The translations under genes and the position numbers were made by a program. DNA of 64,000 nt from Macrostomum lignano (Eukaryota): the NCBI GenBank assembly GCA_002269645.1, contig NIVC01000377.1, positions 18,623 through 82,622 on the forward strand, given 5' to 3'. How positions within the stretch are numbered: position 1 is the stretch's first letter; each line of letters begins with the position of its first letter. Positions 1-12,000 of the stretch are shown here, in pieces. Under the pieces are notes generated by a model that ran no database searches, was not told the DNA's origin, and saw nothing but the letters and a program-made list of their open reading frames with translations.

Positions 1-3000
1 GCTGAGTACACCGTCACCGTTGACTTCGGCGACGGCACCAGTTCGGTGCTGAAGCAGAGCGTCTTCTCGCATGCGTACAGCAGCGACGGCCAGAAGACGG
101 TGGTCATCAAGGTGGCCAGCATCTATGGGCAAAACTCTACGGAGATAACGCTGACGATCAAGAGTGAGTTGGTCTGAGTACTGTCGAACGTCTTTTAAAC
201 TCCAGGAATTTCCAATGGGTTCAAACCTATTAAGTGACATGCTGAACTGCACGAAAAAACTAGCTATTCAACAGTGTGAGTGGAGGGTGTACATTGTACA
301 TTCAGTGTACAGTAGGAGTACAGGCAATGGAACACCAAATCTCACTCATCCACACCAAGCAGTAAGCAGCTTTGCTTGAGGCTTTCGGAATAAAAGTGGA
401 CAACTAGGTTGACCTCCGGTTGTCAAGAAGAAGACTTGGTGTTGAAGACTTCAGATCAGATCTCATTTCTCGCCTTCCAAAAACAGCGAAAACCCCATGA
501 CAGTACTTAAAGTAGTAGTAGCTTGAAGCAGTAGCTCAGTGGTTCGAGCATCTGAATCTCGCTGCTTGTGGGGAATGGCTGCCTGCCTATCTGAGGGTCG
601 GCTGTCGCCTGTTGTTCAGATTCCACCAGCAAATCAAACACGTTTCCCCATCAACCGCAGACAAAGAGACTGAGGAGGCTGTGGACATCGACGTGGTCAA
701 GATATTTCCGGCGCAGAGCGGCACGGACAAGAGCGTCGCCTACACCGCCGTGATCGCCGGTCGGCTATCTAAGACGGCCACTATCTACGTGAATGGCGTG
801 CAGAAGGAGAAGTTCCAGGTAGCGGACTATTCCACGGTGAAGACCGGCACCGTTGCGGTGGATGCGTTCGGTTTCTACAACATTAGCATGTGCGTGAACA
901 ACAGCCGGACATTGAAGTGCTCAAGCGCCGTGGTGCTCATTGGCGACAGGGTGAATCGCAGGGCCATGTGTATCGGCACGGCCGACACTGACGTGGTTAA
1001 GATTGAATTTCCCATGGTGGACTCGATCTTGAGCAAGCTGAAAGTTGTTAGCCAGCCTGATGGAGCCGTGGTTCCTCACACAACGGGGCCAAACTCTCTG
1101 AGCGTCCGGTGCGCCAGCCTGGCCGCGCTCGGCCCTAGAGATCTCCAACTGATTGTGAAGTACGACTCGAACATGGTGGTGCTGCCTCTGCGTGTGCACA
1201 TGAACACCTGCCCTACTGTGGCTATCGTGGCCACCAAGCTGAGCGGCCTCAAGGACGACACCTTCCCTGTGAAGTTTCGCGTCGTTGGAGTCGGTCGCTA
1301 CGAGTTGCAGCTCTGCGACGGGCTGAAAGCTTGCGAGTTCCTTGTGGTTGACGGACTTAACGGCCAACTGGAGTTGGATCGGAACTACGTCTACGGCGCC
1401 ACTGGGGTATTCAACGTCACCCTACGTGCTGCCAACGACGGCTGCGCCCGCGACTCTGCCGTGATGCTCGGCACGCAAGTGCCGTTCAAAGACGCCTACA
1501 TCGTGGCCCAGCCGCTGAAGTCGCTGTCCGAGGACTTGGAGCTGTATCTTTATATCAACACGAAGTTCGGCCTGGCCATCGGCGGCGAGTCCAACTCTGT
1601 CGAGGTGCAGCTCACCGGAATGGAGGCCAAGACCTACTCGCTTGACGGCAACTTCGCCACCTTCGGCCCGTTCGTGCTCAAGTACAAGGTCTCACACTTT
1701 GGCAAGTTCACCATCACCGCCGTCATGAAGAACCTCATCGGCAGCCTGACCGTCACCAACCAGACCAGCGTGGGCGCCGAGATCAGCAACCCGGCTGTGC
1801 AGCTCATTCAGCCGGTCGGTGGCCCGAGCCGCTCCGTGCAGTTCGCTGTCACCATCTCCAAGGGCTTCCCGATCAGCTTCCAGCTCGGTGGTACCACAGA
1901 AGCCGGCGCCGCTGTTACCCAAACCATCAACAGCTTCAACCCGAACGATTACGCTGACAACACCACCATCTACCTGTGGAGGCCCAAGCTGGCATGGGAA
2001 AACACCACGATTCCTCTGAGTCCATCCGGTGCCATCACCTACAGCCTCACAACGGCAAACAGTCCACCAAAAAGTCTGGGCGCCGCCGACCCGGTGGGGA
2101 CAATGACGGTGTCGCGAGGCGGCCGGCTGTTCATGTTCGCTCTGCTGGGCTACAACTTCCAGCTGGGAAGGAATTCCGTCACTCTGCGGCTGTCAAATGT
2201 GTTCAGCACCGACGGAGGCGCTGAGCTCAACATGTGCGGCAGCATCATCTACACGCTGAACACGGACTCCTGCGCCCAGGAGGTGGAGTTCCGCCGCGAC
2301 GGCAGCCTTCTAGCCTGGGACTCCGTCATCCAGGTGGAGATGAGCACCGCTCTGACTATCACGGCCAGCTACAGCAGCACCTGCAGCCCGTCTACCTACT
2401 ATTTCAGCTGGCAAATTTTGAAGGTCCTGGACAGCGGTGCTTCGCTAAACGACCTGTTGAATTTGCAGCCGCTCAGCTACCAGTGCAGCGCGCCGCAGAG
2501 CGCCAGCTTCGTGCTGGACAAGTACGCCCTCACCTATGGCCTCTACCGTCTATCGGTGTTCCACAGCCCCACCAGCTATCCGGCGAACCTCCTGCCGAGG
2601 CAGCTGGGCACCATCAAGATTATCCCGTCCAGTTTAGTCTGCAGGTTCAAAGGCGAATCGGACATCGCCATCAGCCTGGGTGACATGCTCTACATTGACT
2701 ACTCGCTGTGCCGCGACCCCGACGACTTCCTTGGCAACAACTCCGTGCGGGTGGTGGTCGCCTGCGTTGGCGATAGCAGCCCCGTGGTCTACAACAACCT
2801 CGACTGCTGCAGCCAGGACTTCGGCAACGAGAACCACTGGACCCAGATCGGCCTCTACCCGAACGGCACAACGCCGAGTCCCAACGCCGCCGACTTCAAA
2901 ATGTACGACAAAAAAGGCAAGGGCAGCTGCTTCCCCAACCCGAACCTGCTCACCTACAAGGAGTCGGAGAAGGTCGTGCTAGCCGAGACGGAGGCGCTGA

Positions 3001-6000
3001 ATAATAACGACATGATGAAGATGTGCATCTGCGGATTTGACAAGAAGTCTCGGCAAGCCTCCGACCAGGCGCGCCTGCAGGTGCTGAACATCAACAGCAT
3101 CTCGGACGCCAACAACATCCTCACTAACTTGGACCCCACCAACCCGACCAAAGCGCTCTCCGTGATCTCCATGGTCAGCAGTACGTTTGTAAGTAGAGAG
3201 CAACTCTCGCCCCCTGACCACACTGCGGTCACTGCAAGCAAGCGCACCTCGATGCCAATTTCAGAAAGATTCCAACGACACAGACATGGTCCTGGCGGTG
3301 AAGGAGAGCGCCTGCGCCAAGGTTGATCAGGTGTCGCAGTTTCTAACCGACCCAAATCAGGCCATCACGCTGAGTAAAACCCTGGTGACCATTACCACGG
3401 ACGGGAGCAACGTCAATGCTCAGGTTCGTGTTGAACTCTTTAACTGTCAAAGCACTATTTCACCCCTCCATCCAAGGACTTCCAAAGTAGAGCCCTCAAA
3501 AATAGTCGAGCAGTAAAACTTCTGCAGCGTCTATTCAAATTCAGTTATGATTTTCTGTTTATTGGCCACAAATACAATAATAACCGGATGGGCCACTCAA
3601 TAAATTTACGTTTAAGCTACTTTCAGTTCAGTAGTAAGTTAAATAGAAGCATTTAAATGTGTTTTAGTTGCCCCCAGCTGAACCTTTCCCAATGTGCCTT
3701 TCCACTCAAAACTTCTACCCTCGCCCCAACATCCAACTTTTATTGCCCTTCCTCGCCCGGTGTTCCAGCCTGAAGCTGCGTGCCATGTACATTCTCATTG
3801 GCGCTGGGCCAATGTAAATTAGGGCTTCACCAATAGCAAGAGGCTGTTTACGTCTGCAAGTCACTCCAACTGCCTTTCTTTTTATGAGCTAAAAACTAGC
3901 TTACAAATCTACCTTGCTACGTACGACTGTTTCATGCAAGCAAATGCATGTCTGCCTGAGTGGCCCATCCACTTATTTAATATGTTTTAGGTCGGGGATT
4001 CGAATCCCGACCCACTTGTAACAATTTGTGTCGTTTAAGCAATACACTTAACCCTGCATCGCTTCAGTTCACCCAGCTATAAAATGGGTGCCAGCATTAG
4101 CTGGGGTAATTGAGGGTGGGTGTGGCGACCCCCAGTCCTTGGACTGAACAGCCGTACGCAGCCTTCAGATGCGCCGCGCAATAGCTGCGGCTGAGCTGTC
4201 GGTTGAACATGTGCCCATATCTGTGTTTTTGACGAGCTACTGTACTCTAATTATTTGCCGAAAAGTACAAAGTAGTAGCAGGTAAAAATCTCGCTTCAGA
4301 CCGGATAGATTCCGAGAATTCTAGAGAAAAACTTATTCCGTGATTTCTTGATAACCCTCCCAGCAAGTACGTTTTGCACTCTATTATTCCTATTTTCAAG
4401 TTTGAAATGTCGAATATTTACGGAAAAGTTATACACAGCCTGTAAAAACGGTCATTCCCATGTGTGCAGATCAGCTCAGCATCTGCGCTGGACAACACGG
4501 CCAAGAGCATGGCTTCCTTCCACTCCGCATCTCCGGAGCAGGTCGAGACAGCCACCGGAGGTAGGCATATCCACTATTACTTGTGCTTTTTTTAAATTCA
4601 GAGTTTAGATTTATTGTTTCTATTAGAACGAAACCAGCAAACCAGATAAACAGACGCGCTTACAAACTACGCGCTTACAAATAACTAGATGGGGCCACTC
4701 AGGCACATTTAATTAGTAAAACAGCTTTCTACTTTCAGTTCAGTAGCAAAGAAGAATACAAAAGCTATTTTATAAAGGCAGCTGAAATTACTTTGAATCT
4801 TTGATAAGTTTAGAAGCCCAAGCTTCCAGGCGTAAACAACTTGCTAATTGGTTCAGCAGTAATGTACATTAGCCAGTCCACTGAAATGCACATGGCAGCT
4901 TCTGACTGGAATTCTGATAAAGGCAATAAAATTGGGGTGCGCAGGGAGGGGTACTAAGGAAAGGCGCGGTTGGACGGTTTAGGCTTGGGGGTAAGAGCCA
5001 ATAAATGAGCCTTGGCTTTAAAAATACATTAAAATGCTTCAGTTTAACTTACTACTGAACTGAAAGTAGCTTGCACGCAAATGTGCTGAGTGGCTTATCT
5101 AAGTATTCTACGAGCGTATTATCTGTGTTACTGATTAGCATTTTTAATTTTCTTTGCAAATGCAGGCAGAAATTCTCAGTTTATTATTCATCCACCACGT
5201 CGCAGGCACCCTCGGCACAGTGGGCAACATCCAGCCCACCCTGACCCCGGCTGAAGAGGACATCCAGGCCTGCGTGAACAACATGGTGAACATTGTTGGC
5301 TGGTCGCCGGAGACCAGTCTGGACTGGTGCGACCCGGGCTCAGCGCCTGTCATGTCCATCGCCAGGCGTCGGCGGGCGGTCCGCGCGGCCCCGCTGGACC
5401 CCAGCCAGCACAAGGAGGAGCCCGAGAGGCCGAAGAGCACCAAGTGCCCGCTGCCTGACGGCGACTCGCTGCCGGACAATGTGTCAGTAGCTGGCTTCAT
5501 CAGTAGCTGTTGCTCTTGAAATCTAGGTGGAGTCGATAGCCGAATGAGTCAGCGCATTCGCTACCTTGCCAGGGGTCGCCATCATTAACCCGAATTATCA
5601 CAAACCCGAAATATCGACCATAAAACCGAGACTATCATAAGACCAACGCTATTTTCGTTTTCGGCGTTAGCTTTGTGATATTTCGGGTTTGTGATGTCTC
5701 GGTTTTGTGATTATGTTTCGGTTTTGTGATGTCTTCGGTTTTGTGATGTTTCGGTTTTGTGATGTTTCGGTTTTGTGATGTTTCGGTTTTGTGATGTTTC
5801 GGTTTTGTGATGTTTCGGTTTGTGATGTTTCGGTTTTGTGATGTTTGATGTTTCGGTTTTGTGATGTTTCGGTTTTGTGATATTTCGGGTTTGTGATGTT
5901 TCGGTTTTGTGATGTTTCGGTTTTGTGATGTTTCGGTTTTGTGATGTTTCGGGTTTGAGATGTTTCGGGTTTGTGATGTTTCGGTTTTGTGTTATTTCGG

Positions 6001-9000
6001 GTTTGAGATGTTTCGGTTTTGTGATGTTTCGGTTTTGTGATGTTTCGGGTTTGTGATGATTCGGTTTTGAGATGTTTCGATTTTGTGATATTTCAAACTT
6101 GTGATGCCCCCCTTGCTATAGCACTGCAAGTTAAGCTGAATTGGCCTCGGTTAGTACTGACCACTGAGCAGGCACACGCTCACACAGGGTGTACAGCGGG
6201 CCAGACTTTTCCCATCGTTTGTCCTTGGAGGCTGATCTTCATGAGCAAAAATAGCACTACAAATTTTAGAATTTTTTATCTTTTAATTGACGATGCTTAT
6301 AATTCATCATAATTTAGCAACAGAAAAATATGAATTTAATCATGGATTAAAACAACAAAATTCAATCCCTTGCAGATTTAGCTGCATAAAGAACTGCACC
6401 CAGCTGCAGAATCTGTTAAAGTACATGATGCCCGATATGCGAAACGAGCTGTGCAGCGAGAAGTACCAGGCTCTGCTGGGCCAGCAGGAGCAGAGGAAAA
6501 AAGCGGTAAGTGACGTTTTAAGTATCAATAAACGCAACCTGTTATTTGATAACACAGGAATTTTTCTAATTGCTTTCCATCGCCTGCAGAAAGCTCAAAT
6601 TTCTACGAAATCGATGAGTTCGCTGAAGACCTGCTCGGCCACCTCGTTGGGCAAGGGAGAAAAATCGCAGGTAGCCTCCGACAAGGTCACCGTTGCCAGC
6701 CTGAGAGCGCCCGCCAACTTTTCCAGCGAAGAAGGTTTGAAATTTCTTAAGGAATTGGCTTCGGTTTTGCACCACAGATACAGAAAAACAAGGTTGGGCC
6801 ACTCAGCACATTTACTTAGTAAAACAGCTTTCTACTTTCAGCTCAGTAGCAAAGAAGAATGCATAAGCTGTTATAAAATTAAGACAGCTGAACTGAGTTT
6901 GATAAGTTTAGAAGCCCAAGCTTGCAGGCGTAAACAACTTGCTAATTGGTTCAGCAATAATGTACATTAGCTAGTCCACTGAAATATTACATGGCAGCTT
7001 TAGGCTGGAATTCCGAGAAAGGCAATAAAAATTGGGGTGCGCGGGGGGGGGTAGTAAGGAAAGGCGCGGTTGAAGGGTTTAAGCTGGGGGTAAGAGCTAA
7101 TAAATGAGCCTTGGCTTTAAAAATACATTAAAATGCTTCTGTGTAAATTACTACTGAACTGAAAGTAGCTTACACGCAAATGTGCTGAGTGGCCCATCTA
7201 GTTATTCTAGTATCTGTAGTTTGCACTGTACCTGATTTTCTCGATAGGAAATCGGATAAGATAGCACATAAGAAATTTATAACACAAAAACAGCTATATG
7301 TTCTACTACAAGTAGTTATACCTATAGAAAATAACAAACTCCCGTTTCTTTCTAACCAGACGGTGTCGGCACTTCGTCGAACAATGGAGGCGTCAACGTG
7401 CCCAGGGATCTGCTGGGCGCTGGTCTGGGAATTGGGGTGAGACGGACTTATATTGAGATACTGAGACGCTAAAAATAATATCAAGGCAATAGACACAATA
7501 TGATACTAAAACTGAGCTACTGACACTTAGATACAATGATACTGACACTAGTATACAGAAATACTGACACTTGGATACAATGATACTGACACTAGGATAC
7601 AGAAATACTGACACTTGGATACAATGATACTGACACTAGTATACAGAAATACTGACACTTGGTTACAATGATACTGACACTAGGATACAGAAATACTGAC
7701 ACTTGGTTACAATGATACTGACACTAGTATACAGAAATACTGACACTAGGATACAGATATACTGACAAGGATACAATGTATACAGAGATACTGCAACTAA
7801 AACAAAGATGCTGAAAGAAAGACATAAAGATACTGACCCTAAAACACAAAGATACTGACAATAAGACACTGAGACGCTGAGACACAGAGACACTAATACG
7901 CTTCGAGTGTAAGACCCCAAAACTCTAAGGGACAATGACAATAATGCACTGATACTATAGGGGGCACTGGGACACTAAAAAGATTAGTCAATGTATTACT
8001 CAAACCCAAGCGCTCAAGCACTGAGTCCACACCGCCAATAACCCATTCCAGCTGCAGACATTCAAGAACAACCCGATCTGCCACGGCGACAGGGCTGTGA
8101 AGTCGCCTTTGACCTCAGTGACCATCAACAAGGTTGGCGGCGGCGAGGTGCCCACCAAAGGCGTAGCAAAGCCAATCTCCATCTTTATCAAGCGAGGAAC
8201 TCGTAAGTGTCGATATTGTTCTATTTGTCCTCGAATATACTTTGGTCTTGGGGTATGAAAAATCTGAGTTCGAGTTAAAGGTATAAGAAACAATAAAGTA
8301 GAAATACGCCTGATCCGCTGTAAAGTGACCAGGTGTGACAGTCGCCGTTGCAATGGGCTGTTATGGCTAGCGACTCCCACCCTGTATCTCTGCCATAGCT
8401 CGGAGATATCAGCTGCTTGCTAACCACGGCTAACTCTGCTTAAGTCGCAGCACTGGCACTGAATGCGCTAATCAACTAGGTTAAAGGCAACCAAAACAAG
8501 GCTTAAATAAAATGTCATGACAAAAATGTCTGGTTTAATGCTGACGATGAATACGATCTTAGACCATTTTCCGGAATCTTTAACTGGACCTGCAAGCCAG
8601 CTTCCGCCATCACATCGTTGCAGCCTTGCAGACCCGGCTGTACCCCATCAAGCACGACGATAAGGTGGGCAACTGCCACTGCGCCAACCTCACCCGGGAC
8701 AACCAGACCCTCGGCATCAGCCTTCGCGACCTGAAAAACGACACCTCAGTAACCGAAGTGAACTTCGCTATTTACCTGAACAACGGGTCCTGCCCGGAGC
8801 CCGAGGCGAACAATTTAACCTGGCTTACTTTCCTGCCCAGATCTATCGAAGAGATTAAGGCCAACCTGAGCCAGTCGGACGCGGCCATGCTGAAAGGCCA
8901 GAGCGGGCTTCAGCTGCAGAACGAGCTGCAGAATACTTACATATTCCCGGCTAACCTGACCAGCACTGCCGGGCTCTACTGCGTCTTTGTGACTCTGTCG

Positions 9001-12000
9001 CGTGAGTTGAGATCTACGCATTAGAAGGAGGCGTTCGGGCAAGAGAGAAAGTAGTAATGTGTAAAAACGATAATTACTCTTTTCAGAGGCAACGGTAAAA
9101 TTCGATACATCCACGAAGCCGATTAACCCGAACACCGTGTACGAATTTGCATTCTTTATTGACAACCCGGTGTACTTCGATGAAGAGAAGCAGAAATGGA
9201 AGACGGATGGAATTTCTGTGAGTGTCTGGCAGCACGTTGTATAAACCTACAGCTCACTCCCGAAATATTTCCAATCGCTGATTGGCTGAATTTGGAAATA
9301 TCTTTCTCTCCAACCCTCCTCATCGCTGATTGGCTGGATTTAGAAATATCTTTCTCTCCAACCCTCCTCATCGCTGATTAGCTGGATTTGGAAATATCAT
9401 TCTCTCTAACCCTCCTCATCGCTGATTGGCTGGATTTGGAAATATCATTCTCTCTAACCCTCCTCATCGCTGATTGGCTGGATTTGGAAATATCTTTCTC
9501 TCCAACCCTCCTCATCGCTGATTGGCTGGATTTGGAAGTATCTTTCACTTAAGCCCCCCCCTCTACTCTCTCAACCTTTCTTGGACATTGGCTTGTAAAA
9601 ATCGCGACATTAAAAGTTACAATAAACAATAAATAATTAAACTAAGTAAAGTGTTATACTTTCAAATGATCTCCTTAGGTTGGCCAGCTGTCTTGCCCTT
9701 CGCAAATGCACCTGGAAGTGACTCACCTGACGTCATTTGCTAGTGACATGGTCGTACCGCCGAACACCATCGACTTTAACACGGTGTGGAGCAAGTTCAA
9801 AAACCTCAGCGAGAATGCCGCAGTATTCTCCACCGTGATCAGCACGCTGATTCTGTACATCATCCTGATGATCTGGGGCCGCATCATGGATAAGAAGGAC
9901 ATCAAACGGTGGGGCGCCACCAACCTGCAGGACAATATTCCTAACGACACCTACCACTACCAGATCTCCGTGATGACTGGCTACAGGAAGGGCTCTGGCA
10001 CAAACTCGAAGGTCTATTTTATACTGTGCGGCGATAACGGCGACACTGGCATCCGCGAGCTGTCCGACGGCGATAGGAAGGTAAATCGGACGATTCTGCG
10101 TCAGTTTGCTTGGGTCAAGCAAGAAATTTACACTTACTGTTGCTATTTCTGTTCACCCAGGGATTCCCTCGAGGCGAGGTGTACAACTTCATCATGTCCA
10201 CGGAGAGCTCGCTCGGCTCTCTGACCTTCTTGCGGATCTGGCACGACAACTCCGGCAAAGGAAAGGAGAAATCCTGGTACTTGGACCAGGTGGTCATCAA
10301 TGACCTGCAGACGGGTGAAAAGTATGTGGTGACTTGGCTTGTTTGACCCAACTCGTTTGAATGTGTAAATCGATTTCAAAACTCTCCATGCTGAGTGACC
10401 ACCCCCGCCTCGTCAGTAGCTCAAATTCCTACCCCCTCATGACCCCCACCCCACGCCCCGCCTTGTCATTGGCTTAAATTCCTTCCCCCATTTCTCACGA
10501 CCCCCACCCCACGCCCGTCTACTCATTGGGTGAAATTCCTATTCCCTCGTGATCAAAACCCCACACAATTTTTCCTAAGCCTAATTCCTACTTCTAAACA
10601 CAAAATCAGGTCGTTTTTCCTGTGCAACAACTGGCTGGCTGTTGAGGAGGGCGACGGCCAGGTGGAGCGCATTCTGCCTGTCTCCGGACTCGCCGACCTT
10701 GTCGCATTCAAGCAGCTCTTCTCCAGCTCTGTGCAGCGTAAACTCCGCAACGAGCACCTGTGGTTCAGCATCTTCTCCAGGCCGACAAGGAGCGCCTTCA
10801 CCCGAGTGCAGCGCATCTCCTGCTGCTGTCGCTCCTGTTCCTAACCATGATTACCAACGCCATGTTCTTTAAGTCGTCTGACAACCTGGAGAAACGGACT
10901 GGCATAACCATTGGTAAGTGTGCCTACTGTCCTTGGTTTATTTCACTAGGATTAATATTAACCCTTCATTCATATTACTTGCAAGTAGGAATGCCAAGCC
11001 TTTAATTTCTTTATATAGATACTAGATAGTGAAGCCTTGATAAGTTTCTTTCTTAATACTGAACAAGTGCCGCAGTCCACGTTGAACACATGAAAACTCT
11101 GATCTTGACAATGGAATGGTAAAAAATCTTGACTGTCGTAAATTTTGTAAAGTAAAATTTTCACCAACACTTGTCTAGGTCCGATTACATTCACTCTGGA
11201 CCAGCTGTTCATCTCCGTGGTGTCCACCCTGATCGTGTTCCCGCCGTCGATCATTATCATCACTTTCTTCAAAAAGTGCAAAGCCAAGGCTGCTGGCAAC
11301 AAGGTGCTGCAGGCTAATCAGGACCTGAGCACAAAGTCCAGCAAGTACACCTGGCGCTCGGTCGGTCGCAGCACGGAGCTCTTCAACATCGCCGAGGAGG
11401 GCCAGGCCAGCGGCAGCTCGGCCGCCGGCTGGGACGGAGACGTTGATGTCAGCAACAAGAAGACCAACCGAGTCTGGGAGAGCCTCCGGAACATGCTCAG
11501 CTTCCAGTCTGGCCGGAAGGAGACCCGGGTAGAGGACCCGGAGCTGAAGAAGAGCAAGCCGTTCCTATTCCCGCACTGGTGCATCTACATCGCCTGGGTG
11601 CTCGTCTTCTTGAGCGTGTTCGGCTCGGCCTTCTTTGTCATCCTCTACAGGTGAGGGTTTTTTGCTTGAATAATGCACAGCTTCTGTTGACTACTCGCAA
11701 CTGTGCTCTCCCCTGCTTCCCCACCCAGCATGGAATGGGGCCGAGACAAATCGAACGACTGGCTGCTGACATTCCTGATGTCGTTCTTACAAAACGTCGT
11801 TGTGGTCCAGCCGCTGAAGGTCCTTCTACTGGCTGCCGTGATCTCCATGATAATCAAGAGGCCCGATATGGACGATGAGGAAGACGCTTTTGATGACGCC
11901 ATGCTGAAGCAAGACGAGGAGCTGCTGCAGAAGAAAGAGGTGCGTGTTGGATTTTTCAATTGCAGGCCTCATCTTCAATAAGACTGTTTATAAATAAGCT

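Noticed and set aside
528-575. tRNA-like start (gcagtagctcagtggttcgagc)
   Set aside because: Only an A-box-like half; no cloverleaf or T arm; at most a SINE remnant.
921-3355. Antisense and alternative-frame ORFs over GC-rich exons (also 27635-28669 and 58165-58533)
   Set aside because: Shadow ORFs expected from GC3-rich codon usage of the real exons.
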